DNA from: Candidatus Tayloriibacteriota bacterium
GTDB lineage: Bacteria; Patescibacteriota; Minisyncoccia; Phycocordibacterales; PALSA-1337
Reading direction: 5' to 3'
DNA length: 64,000 nt
NCBI GenBank assembly: GCA_943350765.1
Contig: CALRAJ010000003.1
Coordinates: forward strand, 1,456-65,455
Part shown: positions 26,553-36,270 of the stretch, piece by piece
Layout: each line of letters begins with the position of its first letter
Numbering within the stretch: position 1 is the first letter of the stretch
Translations under genes and position numbers: made by a program
Notes under the pieces: model-generated
Told to the model about the DNA's origin: nothing
Databases searched by the model: none
Seen by the model: the letters and a program-made list of their open reading frames with translations, nothing else

Positions 26553-27215
26553 ATGAAAAAAATAATCAATCTATCGCGTATCAGTATTTTATCAGTAGCG
26601 ACATCACTTGCACTGCTGTTTGTTTTATTGGCAAGCACGCCAGTAGCACAGGCTGCTATCACAAGTCAGCTAGAGCTGGGTTCAAGAGGTACTCAAGTTT
26701 CTGAGTTACAACAGTTTCTAGCAACAAACTCTCTGATTTACCCGGCAGGAATCGTTTCTGGCTATTATGGTCCACTAACAAGAGCGGCGGTGCTGCAATT
26801 TCAGGTAGCCTATGATATTTCACAGGTGGGTCGTGTTGGACCAACTACCATGGCAAAAATGAATAGCATTATGTCGTCTGGCTTGGGTTTGGATGTAAGT
26901 TCTCCAATGATTGCTAATAAGTCATTGCAGACTAGTAGAAACAGTGCCACGGTCAATTGGATGACAGGAGAGCCTGCTCAAAGCCAAGTGTATTTGGACA
27001 CACAGCCACTTCGGTCTGACGAGGCGACTATGCATGCACAGCAACCCTATGTAAGCGGTACATTATCTTTGGGAAATGTTGTGGCCAATAATTCTCACTC
27101 AGTCGTGATCAATGGTCTCCAGCCAAACACTGTCTATTATTTCATCACTCGTGCAATAGATAGATCTGGAAATGTTAGTATGACTTTGCAGAATTCTTTT
27201 GTTACAAACCAGTAG
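26553..27215 (+). CDS. secreted protein with peptidoglycan-binding domain and FN3-like domain
   Basis: signal peptide MKKIINLSRISILSVATSLALLFVLLASTPVAQA; PG_binding_1-like GTQVSELQQFLA..GYYGPLTRAAVLQFQ; hairpin terminator at 27241-27266. Confidence 0.55.
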   Translation: MKKIINLSRISILSVATSLALLFVLLASTPVAQAAITSQLELGSRGTQVSELQQFLATNSLIYPAGIVSGYYGPLTRAAVLQFQVAYDISQVGRVGPTTMAKMNSIMSSGLGLDVSSPMIANKSLQTSRNSATVNWMTGEPAQSQVYLDTQPLRSDEATMHAQQPYVSGTLSLGNVVANNSHSVVINGLQPNTVYYFITRAIDRSGNVSMTLQNSFVTNQ

Positions 27216-27271
27216 TAATAATTAGAAAGTAGAAACAAAACCACCGAGCCATGCTCGGTGGTTTTGTTTGT

Positions 27272-27439
27272 TGGTGCGCGATGAGGGAATCTTTTTCCCT
27301 AGAGGACGGTCACCGTCGCTGAGCACTTTTTTGTTCGCGAGTACACTAAAAAAAGTGCTCAGCGAGGCTTCAAGTCCCTACGCAAAGCGTACCCACGCTT
27401 TGCTCATCACATACGAAAAAATCCCTTTCGGGATTGTTT
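27272..27439 (-). repeat. tRNA-linked composite element (follows tRNA-Val on minus strand; core is one long hairpin)
   Basis: inverted T-arm copy GAGGCTTCAAGTCCCTACGC; hairpin GCTGAGCACTTTTTT..AAAAAAAGTGCTCAGC; direct copy TGGTGCGCGATGAGGGA of the tRNA-Val 3' end at 27272-27288. Confidence 0.55.
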
Positions 27440-27515
27440 TGGTGCGCGATGAGGGACTTGAACCCCCGACCTTTCCAGTGTAAATGGACTGCTCTACCAA
27501 CTGAGCTAATCGCGC
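27440..27515 (-). tRNA. tRNA-Val (anticodon TAC), CCA encoded
   Basis: minus-strand cloverleaf: acceptor GCGCGAT/ATCGCGC, D-arm AGCTCAGTTGGTAGAGC, anticodon loop TTTACAC, T-arm GGGGGTTCAAGTCCCTC. Confidence 0.9.
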
Positions 27516-27701
27516 ATGAGAGAATACTTCAATACAATAGCGTACTTAGGGATATTTATCAACTTTTTATGTTGGTTCACACATATCCCATGAGATAAAA
27601 AGTTTGACAAAATAACAATTTATTGCTATTGTTGTTTTACTTAGCAAACACGCAAGGTGAAATAGAGGGTAGGGGTGCTGTTTGGAGACAATTTTGCATG
27701 T

Positions 27702-28424
27702 ATGAAAATCGATATTTTATTTGAAGACAAGGATTATGTGGTGATCAATAAGCCAGTCGGTCTTATTGTGCATTCAGATGGTAAAAGAGAAGAGTCAACA
27801 GTTGCTGACTGGATGCTCGAGACTTATCCAAAAACAAAAGATGTGGGGGAGCCAATAGTGCTTTCTGATGGGCAAATCCTTTTGCGTCCGGGTATTGTGC
27901 ATCGTATTGACCGTGATACTTCGGGAACTCTTATTTTATGTAAGAATCAAAAAGCTTTTTTGTCTTTAAAAGATCAGTTTAAAGCAAAGACCGTTGAAAA
28001 AGTTTATCGTGCTTTTGTGTACGGTGATGTAAAGGAAAAAGAGGGGGTGATCGACCGACCTATTGGACGAAGCCGTAAAGATTTTAGAATGTGGTCAGCT
28101 CAGCGTGGGGCAAGAGGGGAGATGAGAGATGCGATAACTGAGTTTAAGACAATTGCAACAAGCAAGACCGTATCCTTGATCGAGGCACACCCAAGGACTG
28201 GGCGTACACACCAGATCAGGGTACATTTTAAAGCTATCAACCATCCACTCGTTGCGGACTCGCTTTATGCACCTGGTCATCAGGCACTACTCGGTTTTAA
28301 ACGCCTCGCTCTACACGCACTCAAGATAGAATTTAAGGATTTGAAAGGTAAGGTGATCTCAGTGGAAGCACCGTACCCAGATGATTTTAAAAAAGCGATG
28401 GGGAGTATCAAAAAGGCAAACTAG
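27702..28424 (+). CDS. RluA-family pseudouridine synthase
   Basis: catalytic motif GIVHRIDRDTSGTLILCK. Confidence 0.85.
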   Translation: MKIDILFEDKDYVVINKPVGLIVHSDGKREESTVADWMLETYPKTKDVGEPIVLSDGQILLRPGIVHRIDRDTSGTLILCKNQKAFLSLKDQFKAKTVEKVYRAFVYGDVKEKEGVIDRPIGRSRKDFRMWSAQRGARGEMRDAITEFKTIATSKTVSLIEAHPRTGRTHQIRVHFKAINHPLVADSLYAPGHQALLGFKRLALHALKIEFKDLKGKVISVEAPYPDDFKKAMGSIKKAN

Positions 28425-28444
28425 GCCTTATTTTGTGGAGATTT

Positions 28445-28495
28445 AAACGGCTAAACGCTAGCGTTTAGCCGTTTAGCATGGCTCTATATAGCCAT
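28445..28495. repeat. bipartite palindromic element (AAACGGCTAAACGCTAGCGTTTAGCCGTTT plus CATGGCTCTATATAGCCAT)
   Basis: perfect palindromes immediately after the rluA-family gene. Confidence 0.55.
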
Positions 28496-28639
28496 TTGAG
28501 TTTTTTGGGCTATTCGGAGCGATTTTGATCGTAAAATAACATAAAAATGAAGTATGTGGAGATTTGTACACCCGTTTTACACCCTGTGGAACAGCTCTAT
28601 TGCTAAAATAGATGCTTTGTGATAAGTTGTTCTGTACCT

Positions 28640-29092
28640 ATGACAACGATACAAAAGACTATTTCTTCAGTAAATGTGGATGAACGAGCTACGCTTTCTA
28701 TGCGAAGCGGTGATACTGTGAGAGTTTGGCAGAAAATCAAGGAAGGTGAAAAGACACGACTTCAAGCATTTGAAGGTTTGGTGTTGGCCCGAAAACACGG
28801 GGCAGAGTCGGGTGCTACATTTACAGTACGAAAGGTTATGGATGGTGTGGGGGTAGAGAGGATTTTTCCACTATACTCGCCGTCTATTGATAAAATAGAA
28901 ATAATTCGCCGATCAAAAGTACGACGAAGTAAGCTTTATTTCGTTCGAGAAAAGGCCACAAAAGAAATCCGACACCAGATGAGAAAATATATTGCTCAGA
29001 ACAAAGATTTAAATACCGATACAAAGCACAATAAGAGTGAGGGAGCGACAGAGAAAAAAGCCGAACCAGTACTAGAAGAGGTAAAGGCATAA
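28640..29092 (+). CDS. rplS: 50S ribosomal protein L19
   Basis: [35 protein letters not shown]19 signature; K/E-rich C-terminal extension. Confidence 0.85.
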   Translation: MTTIQKTISSVNVDERATLSMRSGDTVRVWQKIKEGEKTRLQAFEGLVLARKHGAESGATFTVRKVMDGVGVERIFPLYSPSIDKIEIIRRSKVRRSKLYFVREKATKEIRHQMRKYIAQNKDLNTDTKHNKSEGATEKKAEPVLEEVKA

Positions 29093-29104
29093 AAAGAGAT
29101 CAAA

Positions 29105-29136
29105 ACTGCCCGCCGTATCCTCGGCGGGGGATTTTA
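29105..29136 (+). terminator. rho-independent terminator after rplS
   Basis: CCCGCCGTATCCTCGGCGGG hairpin followed by a T-run. Confidence 0.6.
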
Positions 29137-29199
29137 GTTGAAAGTAGAGCAAATTTTAGGTATAGTGGAGGTAGTCGGTACTATGTATAGATATAAAAC

Positions 29200-29284
29200 G
29201 CTCGGGTGATGTAATTGGTAAACATGTACGCTTGAGGTGCGTATGCCGTAAGGCGTGGGAGTTCAAGTCTCCCCCCGAGCACCA
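29200..29284 (+). tRNA. tRNA-Leu (anticodon GAG), type II, CCA encoded
   Basis: acceptor GCTCGGG/CCCGAGC, anticodon stem TACGC/GCGTA, loop TTGAGGT, variable arm TGCCGTAAGGCGT, T-arm GGGAGTTCAAGTCTCCC. Confidence 0.85.
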
Positions 29285-29364
29285 GTAGTAACTTGTTCGG
29301 AATTAAAATAAAAAACACATAGGTTAGCCCCAATCCATGTGCGTGTCGTATTTGGTGAAATGAG

Positions 29365-29568
29365 CTACCGACTGACCATGTAGTACTGGCGAGGACTGCC
29401 TCGCTGGACGACATGAAGCGCTTTCGTTGTAGGCTGGACATCGTTGACTCGGACCACCGTTCTTCCTGGAAAGGACGCATCAACCCTTTCGCAGGTACTG
29501 CACCCAGAAAGCATGAGTGCGACTATGGCAAACAGACCGATAAACCAAAGATTTTTCGTTGTTTTCAA
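29365..29568 (-). CDS. small lipoprotein (67 aa)
   Basis: signal peptide with lipobox MKTTKNLWFIGLFAIVALMLSGC. Confidence 0.4.
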   Translation of the reverse strand: MKTTKNLWFIGLFAIVALMLSGCSTCERVDASFPGRTVVRVNDVQPTTKALHVVQRGSPRQYYMVSR

Positions 29569-29679
29569 TCTTTTTCACCTCCGTTCATCCAAGATTCTTA
29601 CTACTAGCAAGTCTACGCCCGATAGGCTGTTTTAGCAAATGTGTGTTTGCGCGTGTGTGATTTCTGCTATACTATCCTC

Positions 29680-30231
29680 ATGCTTTACACTAGAAAAGGG
29701 GACACAGGTACGACCGGTACATTTGGCTGTAATCAGCGTATGTCAAAAAGCTCGCTTATAGCAGAAGCACTCGGATCACTCGATGAGGTTAATTCATTTT
29801 TGGGCGTGGTAAAGGTTTGCTCGGCGGATAAAGATTTTATTTTAATCAATCAAAACTTTTTAGAAATAGTACAAACTGTTCAACAAAATCTATTTATCAT
29901 TCAAGCTGAGCTTGCTGGTACACCCATGTCTATTACCGAGGAAAAAGTTGCAGAGCTAGAAAAACTCACAGATACTGCGGAAAAGGAAATGCCACCTATT
30001 CGTACTTTTTTTATATCTGGTGGGACTGAGCTAGCCTCACTTTTTGATGTATCACGCACGATGGCTAGGCGAGCTGAAAGGCGAGTGGTAGCGGTACAGG
30101 AAGAGGGGCTGGTAAAAGTTGGTCAATATACGCTAGCCTACCTCAATCGTCTCTCGAGTCTTCTATATGCTCTCGCTCGACTTTCCAATCATAAGTGTGG
30201 TATAAATGAGTCTGCACCGCAATACAAGTAG
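29680..30231 (+). CDS. ATP:cob(I)alamin adenosyltransferase, PduO-type
   Basis: MLYTRKGDTGTTG N-terminus and SLDEVNSFLGV helix pattern of PduO/MMAB family. Confidence 0.8.
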   Translation: MLYTRKGDTGTTGTFGCNQRMSKSSLIAEALGSLDEVNSFLGVVKVCSADKDFILINQNFLEIVQTVQQNLFIIQAELAGTPMSITEEKVAELEKLTDTAEKEMPPIRTFFISGGTELASLFDVSRTMARRAERRVVAVQEEGLVKVGQYTLAYLNRLSSLLYALARLSNHKCGINESAPQYK

Positions 30232-30292
30232 AGTGTGTTGAGGTACCTGTTTTAGATTTTAAATCTATATTTTAAATTCTTAACTGTATCAC

Positions 30293-30366
30293 GGTGGCTA
30301 TAGTTTAGTGGTAAAACTCCGGTTTGTGGAACCGGTATCGAGAGTCCGATTCTCTCTAGCCACCCA
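30293..30366 (+). tRNA. tRNA-His (anticodon GTG) with encoded G-1
   Basis: G-1 paired to discriminator C; acceptor GTGGCTA/TAGCCAC; anticodon stem CCGGT/ACCGG, loop TTGTGGA; T-arm GAGAGTCCGATTCTCTC. Confidence 0.85.
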
Positions 30367-30408
30367 AAAATAATGAGACAAACGCGGAGCGTTTGTCGAC
30401 TGTATTTT

Positions 30409-30537
30409 TGGCATGGTTAGAGAGAATCGGACGACGGAGCGGGGTACCCACATAACAATGTGGGTCGCGAGTCGGTGCCCAGACCGAGGCGAGTGGCGAC
30501 GAGCCTTGAGTCGCGGGAGATTCTCTCTAGCCACCCC
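30409..30537 (+). repeat. tRNA-linked composite element, type II core (follows tRNA-His)
   Basis: terminator hairpin GACAAACGCGGAGCGTTTGTC; inverted copy TGGCATGGTTAGAGAGAATCGGAC; GACGGAG; hairpin ACCCACATAACAATGTGGGT; GTCGGTGCCCAGACC; hairpin CGAGGCGAGTGGCGACGAGCCTTG; AGTCGCGGG; direct copy AGATTCTCTCTAGCCACCCC. Confidence 0.6.
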
Positions 30538-30588
30538 ACATTTGTTTTATTATGTGACTTTTTATCACTAACTCGGTATACTTACTAA

Positions 30589-31533
30589 ATGGAACAAAAA
30601 ATCAATCTTCCTCCTACATACAAGCAGATGATAGAGGAAATGGGCAAACAGCTTCAGTTACGCAAATCACTTTTGTTTAAAAGAGTGCTTTTTATTACTT
30701 GGCCGATTTTACTTTTGATTATTTCTGGCTACGGATTTCAGGCCGTTTATGATTTGGAAACGCTACCAGTAGAAAAACAAACTTGGGTTATCGGGGTTGC
30801 GACTGTGTATATTATCTGTTCTATCATCTACTCCATGATAGTGGGTTTTATATTTGAAATTGAAAAACGGATCTGGATTGATTCGTTTTTTGACCAAAAA
30901 AATCTCGACTCAACGACCAGCTGGAGGATCGCTAAAAAGCTATTTTGGCCTGGATTTAAGTTTAGATTGCAGATTTTGTGGCGATACTACCTGATACCTA
31001 TGGGGCTGGCGACCTTGATAGTCGGGGGTATTGTTGTCGGTGTATTTAAACAAGCTACCATGAGTATCTCTCAAGATAATATTATAATGGTTGCTTTGGT
31101 TAGTTTCATCCTGCTGATCATCGGTCTCACCATCTACAGCTACTATATTAAAACCAAATTACGCTACGCTTGGTTTATATTCCTGGATACATTTGGGGTT
31201 TCGTATTCTTTTGTCAATTTTGTAGCTGAAATGGAAAAGCTCAACACTATCAGCAAGTCAGAAACATTTAAAAAATCTTTGATTGCCACTGTAGGAACGG
31301 ACTCAGTACGAGATCTGGCTGGGGTAGCTATAGGGACTTTGAGTTTCGCCATGTCGCACCTTGGTGGTGCTGGTAAAATGTTGGGGCAACTCGCAAGTGT
31401 TTATGGAAATGAATTAAGTCGTCAGGCCACTGACCTCGGCAACATTACTGCTCAATACCTTATTTATAGATTTGCTAGAAAGGAGCTAGTGGGAAGTGAG
31501 CAGGTGGTCAATGAAGCTTTGTATCGGCTTTAG
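30589..31533 (+). CDS. hypothetical polytopic membrane protein
   Basis: 314 aa, about 6 TM segments, no motif. Confidence 0.35.
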   Translation: MEQKINLPPTYKQMIEEMGKQLQLRKSLLFKRVLFITWPILLLIISGYGFQAVYDLETLPVEKQTWVIGVATVYIICSIIYSMIVGFIFEIEKRIWIDSFFDQKNLDSTTSWRIAKKLFWPGFKFRLQILWRYYLIPMGLATLIVGGIVVGVFKQATMSISQDNIIMVALVSFILLIIGLTIYSYYIKTKLRYAWFIFLDTFGVSYSFVNFVAEMEKLNTISKSETFKKSLIATVGTDSVRDLAGVAIGTLSFAMSHLGGAGKMLGQLASVYGNELSRQATDLGNITAQYLIYRFARKELVGSEQVVNEALYRL

Positions 31534-31986
31534 TTGTATATGAAAATACTTTTTATTGTTGTGGGGAAGAAGCACGACACTTTGGTGGAAAACGGTGTCG
31601 CTGAGTTTACCGCTCGTATCGGTAGATACACACATATTGAATGGAAAATAGTTCCTGCGTCAAATGCAAAAGAGGAGGCAGAGAAGATTTTACACGGTTT
31701 GGATGAAAACGACACAGTCGTTGCCCTTGATGAAAAGGGTAAAATGATGAGTACATCTTTGCTTGCACAGTATGTTGAAAAGTCTTTGGCAGGCGGGTCA
31801 AAAAGACTTATCTTCGTGATTGGTGGTGCTTACGGTCTAGACCAGTCTGTAATAGATCGTGCGGAGCTTGTCTGGTCACTTTCAGCACTTACATTTCCGC
31901 ATCAGCTAGTGCGACTTATACTATCTGAGCAGATTTACCGAGCGTTCACGGTTATCAGAGGGGAAAAGTATCACCATGAGGGGTAG
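31534..31986 (+). CDS. rlmH: 23S rRNA (pseudouridine1915-N3)-methyltransferase
   Basis: SPOUT fold, MKILFIVVGKK..RLIFVIGGAYGL pattern of RlmH. Confidence 0.85.
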   Translation: MYMKILFIVVGKKHDTLVENGVAEFTARIGRYTHIEWKIVPASNAKEEAEKILHGLDENDTVVALDEKGKMMSTSLLAQYVEKSLAGGSKRLIFVIGGAYGLDQSVIDRAELVWSLSALTFPHQLVRLILSEQIYRAFTVIRGEKYHHEG

Positions 31987-31992
31987 GTTGGT

Positions 31993-32051
31993 GAAATACA
32001 CCCGAAATTTTCAGTAGAAAATTTCGGGTGTATTTCAACGGCTCAACAGGC
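31993..32051 (+). repeat. TCAGTAGA-loop hairpin followed by AACGGCTCAACAGGC half-palindrome
   Basis: GAAATACACCCGAAATTTTCAGTAGAAAATTTCGGGTGTATTTC, a 19-bp stem. Confidence 0.55.
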
Positions 32052-32277
32052 TACAAAAACCTTGTACCGAGTTCTGCTAAACTCGGTATCTTCCTCGCCT
32101 CCTCTCGTCGAGTCGTTGAAATGGCTCTATAGAAGCACAGTATTAAATTGGCATATAGTGTCTTTGGTAACCCAGAATCCCCAACGGCTCAATGGTTTTG
32201 TACCTAAAACCAGTGAGCCATTGTCCCAGAAGTCTTGTTTTGAAACCCCTGATATTGCATGTTATACTTTAAATACT

Positions 32278-32898
32278 ATGAAAACAATATCAAAATACAT
32301 TCCACGTTTTTTACTTTTTGTGTACGCAGTGGTTTTTACTTGGGGGGCTATTGAGCCATCCTCACGGGCAGTTTGGAAAGTAGAAAACGGCCCGATTTTT
32401 GCTATCGCTTTGATACTGACCGTCCTCTATATACGAGGTACGCGCTTTTCAAATTTATCATACATATTGATGTCAGTTTTGCTCATCTGGCATACGATAG
32501 GGGGTCATTATACATTTGAGCTTGTACCATTTGACTGGTTTTCTGACATGTTTGGATTTGAACGAAACATGTATGACCGCATCGGGCATTTTTCGGTAGG
32601 ATTTTACGCTTTTCCTATTTTTGAATACTTACTCCGTAGTGGCAAAATGTCTAGACCTCTTGCATATGCTTTTGGACTTTTTACTATAGCCTTTGTGGCA
32701 ATGGGGTACGAGCTGGTAGAGTGGATTTATGCAGTGATGAGTGACCCTACCGCGGGTGCGGCCTTTTTAGGTAGTCAGGGTGATATTTGGGATGCACAAA
32801 AGGATATGGCGATGGATACCTTGGGCGCACTTGTTATGATCCCACTACACATGGTTTTAAGAGGGGGTAAGGATTTACCAGAAAATCGTGGGAATTAA
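32278..32898 (+). CDS. DUF2238/YjdF-like membrane protein
   Basis: LIWHTIGGHYTFELVPFDWF..NMYDRIGHFSVGFYAFP matches the YjdF family signature. Confidence 0.55.
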   Translation: MKTISKYIPRFLLFVYAVVFTWGAIEPSSRAVWKVENGPIFAIALILTVLYIRGTRFSNLSYILMSVLLIWHTIGGHYTFELVPFDWFSDMFGFERNMYDRIGHFSVGFYAFPIFEYLLRSGKMSRPLAYAFGLFTIAFVAMGYELVEWIYAVMSDPTAGAAFLGSQGDIWDAQKDMAMDTLGALVMIPLHMVLRGGKDLPENRGN

Positions 32899-32940
32899 AA
32901 ACACTGTATAAAATCAGTTAGATGTGTTACTATTATTAAC

Positions 32941-33408
32941 ATGAAAGAAGATGTTCGGGTAAGCAGAATACTTGTTAACTTTTTCGATAGGCTCGAAGAC
33001 GGTATTCGAGCTAGACTCAGTCGTTATCCATTAGTATATGCAATAGTTGGTGGTACTGGCACGGTGCTTTTTTGGCGTGGTATCTGGCATACCGCGGATC
33101 TTTTTGAGGCTCGTTTGGCAGAAATAGGGAGTCCTTGGGCAGTACTATTCTCTGGTCCAGGGACGATGTTTGTGGGGTTAATCATTCTGCTCATGACAGG
33201 TCTCATGGTGTCAGTATTTATTGGAGACCAGATCATACTTTCAGGTATTAAAAGAGAGAAAAAGCTCGCTGAAAAGACCGAAATAGAGGTTAGGGGAGAG
33301 TCAAATATCCTAGCTGATCTCAGGGAGGAAATCCATCACCTAGAGGAGGCTTTTGGTACTACGGTGGGTGGTAAAGAAAATGGTAAAGAAAAAAAAGAGA
33401 TTCAATGA
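32941..33408 (+). CDS. hypothetical membrane protein
   Basis: 155 aa, 2-3 TM helices, glutamate-rich C-terminal tail. Confidence 0.3.
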   Translation: MKEDVRVSRILVNFFDRLEDGIRARLSRYPLVYAIVGGTGTVLFWRGIWHTADLFEARLAEIGSPWAVLFSGPGTMFVGLIILLMTGLMVSVFIGDQIILSGIKREKKLAEKTEIEVRGESNILADLREEIHHLEEAFGTTVGGKENGKEKKEIQ

Positions 33409-34949
33409 ATTACCGAGATACTCCGTATTTTTCCGTAGGTCGTGCGACTGACTTGTCTGGTATGGATCGAGTGATTTATAGATGGCTCGAAAGATTGCCT
33501 GGCATTTTGTCTTTGGGGACAATCATTTTTATTATAATTATCTCGTATACGAATCCTACTTTTGCAGCATTGTTTATTATCATTTTTGACTTGTATTGGC
33601 TGTTTAAAACTATCTATCTTTCGATGCATCTGCGTTACAACTGGAAGCGCATGAAATATATGCTAGCCCGAGACTGGGATCCACTGTTGGCAAATCTAAA
33701 ATATGATCACCTTGTGCATATGGTGATACTACCTTTTGTTAATGAGGGTAGAGAAGTTGTGGAAAAAAGCATCACTTCACTTTTAGATGCAAAATGGGAT
33801 AGTAAAAACATTGTTGTTGTCCTTGCGGGGGAGGAGAGAGCTGGAGAGACATCTCGCGCTTTAGCTATGGAAATGGTAGAAAAATACGGTAAAAAGTTTG
33901 CACACTTTCTTTACACTGCCCACCCAGCTGGGATAGCAGGGGAGATGGTAGGGAAGGGTTCAAATATCGCATACGCTGCTGAACAGTCGCGACTACTAGT
34001 ACTCGATCCAATGAGGATAAAGTACACAGATGTTATTGTTTCAGCTTTTGATATTGATACGGTAGTGTATCCAAATTATTTTAAATGTTTGACTTGGAAC
34101 TTTCTCACTGTGCCAGATCCGCACAAAACTTCGTTTCAACCAGTGCCGATTTATAATAACAATATCTGGGATGCCCCAGCATTTTCTCGGGTGGTGGCTA
34201 TGTCGGCGACTTTTTGGCAAATGATTCAGCAAGAACGACCAGAAAGATTGGCTACTTTTTCATCACATGCTATAAGTTTTGAATCTTTGTACAAAATAGG
34301 TTATTGGCAGAAAAATATGGTGTCAGAGGACTCACGAATCTTCTGGAACCTTTTTGTAGCACATGACGGTGATTATTCTGTCGTCCCTATCGCATACCCA
34401 GTGTCCATGGACGCAAACCTTGATGATGGCTTTTGGCTGACCATGTTGAGTATTTACAAACAACAGAGACGGTGGTCTTGGGGAGTAGAAAATGTTCCGT
34501 ATCTTGTATTTGCTTGTATCAAAAATAAAGCTATTCCACTACATAAAAAGCTTCGTGCCGTCTTGACACAGGTTGAGGGTTTTTGGTCTTTGGCTACTAA
34601 CCCCATTATGATATTTCTTTTGGGCTGGTTACCGCTCGTTTTGGGAGGACGACTATTCCGTACTACTATTTTATCCTACAATCTACCTATAATAACTGGG
34701 TACATCATGTACTTCTCAATGGTTGGGCTTATTCTTTCTGCTTTAGTAGCGTTTAGCTTTTTGCCACCAAGGCCACCGACACACAAAAAAAGACATAGTA
34801 TATATATGGCATTACAATGGGTTTTGATCCCACTCACGATTACTATTTTTGGAGCGATACCAGCACTTGAGGCTCAGACTAGGCTTTTGCTAGGTAAGTA
34901 CATGGGATTTTGGGTTACACCAAAACATCGAGAAATAAAAAATGTATAA
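33405..34949 (+). CDS. family 2 glycosyltransferase, processive (cellulose synthase-like) membrane enzyme
   Basis: DxD (AFDIDTV), QxxRW motif (YKQQRRWSWG), TM helices flanking the catalytic domain. Confidence 0.7.
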   Translation: MNYRDTPYFSVGRATDLSGMDRVIYRWLERLPGILSLGTIIFIIIISYTNPTFAALFIIIFDLYWLFKTIYLSMHLRYNWKRMKYMLARDWDPLLANLKYDHLVHMVILPFVNEGREVVEKSITSLLDAKWDSKNIVVVLAGEERAGETSRALAMEMVEKYGKKFAHFLYTAHPAGIAGEMVGKGSNIAYAAEQSRLLVLDPMRIKYTDVIVSAFDIDTVVYPNYFKCLTWNFLTVPDPHKTSFQPVPIYNNNIWDAPAFSRVVAMSATFWQMIQQERPERLATFSSHAISFESLYKIGYWQKNMVSEDSRIFWNLFVAHDGDYSVVPIAYPVSMDANLDDGFWLTMLSIYKQQRRWSWGVENVPYLVFACIKNKAIPLHKKLRAVLTQVEGFWSLATNPIMIFLLGWLPLVLGGRLFRTTILSYNLPIITGYIMYFSMVGLILSALVAFSFLPPRPPTHKKRHSIYMALQWVLIPLTITIFGAIPALEAQTRLLLGKYMGFWVTPKHREIKNV

Positions 34950-34952
34950 AAT

Positions 34953-35798
34953 ATGGAACCACTTTCAAATAAAAAAAGACGCTTGTATTTCTATACTTAC
35001 CTGATCGTTTTCTTAGCGCTTCTACCTGTGGTGGTTTTGTTTGTTCAGGGGTATAGACTAGGTACGGGCTTTTCCATGCTTAGAGTGGGAGGGATATATG
35101 TGGGTGGTGTGGACTCTGATGTGGAAGTGTATCTGGATGGTACGAGACAGGAAAATTTAAAAAGTTTGAAAAGAGGATTTTTTGTAGAAAGTTTGGCACC
35201 CGGTACATATTCGTTGTCGATAAAAAAGGAAGGGTATAGTCAGTGGGACAAGATCGTCATAGTGGTGGGGGAAAAAGTTGTCGAAGCATACCCCTTACTT
35301 ACACCTTTGAAAATAGAGATGGTAAATATACCAAAACAGGTGGAGAGTGAGGGTGGGTTTTTTAGTTCTGCGACCTCGACTTCGTTTGTGGATAATGAGG
35401 TTTTTGCGGAAGTTTCAAAGTTGTTTGAGCAAGGCACTACCACCCAGTCGATCAAGCGACAGAGGGTAACTATTTGGAGTGAGGGTGCGAGTATCAAATA
35501 TAGGTGGGAGGACGATTTCTCGACTGTGTTCCCAGCTTTATGTGGTTATCAGAATTGTATTGCCACAAGTACTGTCTATGTGGCAAAAGAAAATATAAAT
35601 CGAGTCGGTTTTTACCCTGAGAGAAATGATGTGGTGCTATTTTCTCTCTCTGATGGTGTCTATGCAGTAGAGATAGACAGTCGTAGTCCACAAAAGATAG
35701 TCCAGATTTATTCGGGTAAAAATCCAGATTTCCGAGTAGAAGATGATGAAATTTTATATATAAAGGAGGGGGAGGATATTTTCCAGGTTGAGATCTAG
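34953..35798 (+). CDS. membrane-anchored protein with PEGA/carboxypeptidase-regulatory-like domain
   Basis: N-terminal TM; VEVYLDGTRQ..SLAPGTYSLSIKKEGYSQWDKIVIV resembles a PEGA domain. Confidence 0.45.
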   Translation: MEPLSNKKRRLYFYTYLIVFLALLPVVVLFVQGYRLGTGFSMLRVGGIYVGGVDSDVEVYLDGTRQENLKSLKRGFFVESLAPGTYSLSIKKEGYSQWDKIVIVVGEKVVEAYPLLTPLKIEMVNIPKQVESEGGFFSSATSTSFVDNEVFAEVSKLFEQGTTTQSIKRQRVTIWSEGASIKYRWEDDFSTVFPALCGYQNCIATSTVYVAKENINRVGFYPERNDVVLFSLSDGVYAVEIDSRSPQKIVQIYSGKNPDFRVEDDEILYIKEGEDIFQVEI

Positions 35799-35997
35799 TC
35801 GCTGTTTAGATTACAGCAACATAGCTAGTCATACTTGCACCCTTTAGACCTATTACGCCTATAAATAAGGTTTTTTTCCATACCTATGTCAAACCCATTG
35901 ACAATCTACCTATTTGGGTGTATAATAGGGGGTAGGGTAATAAGTCCTTTAAAAAACCAGCTTGGCTAGTCCACCTATGTGTGTAGTAGCGGAAACC

Positions 35998-36049
35998 TTC
36001 GCCACAGCACTTTGAGGCTCAATATTTGGGTATCAAAGTGCTGTGGCGA
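35998..36049. repeat. long hairpin (18-bp stem) upstream of the IS1-like remnant
   Basis: TTCGCCACAGCACTTTGA-GGCTCAATATTTGGGTA-TCAAAGTGCTGTGGCGAA. Confidence 0.5.
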
Positions 36050-36270
36050 ACCGACTCCATATCTAAGTGATCCCTCGTGTATTACTGTGGCCTATGTAAG
36101 GCCTTGTGCACGAAACACTATTGATTCTGGAGACGCTGAAACCGCGCAAATACAAATGAAAGAATCGACCCAAGAGCAACTGAATCAGTTTTTTGGCATA
36201 ATAGACATTTTTGGGACACAAAACTGATATACTACGGCTCTATTCAAAGGTAATTCAAATATTAACAAAT

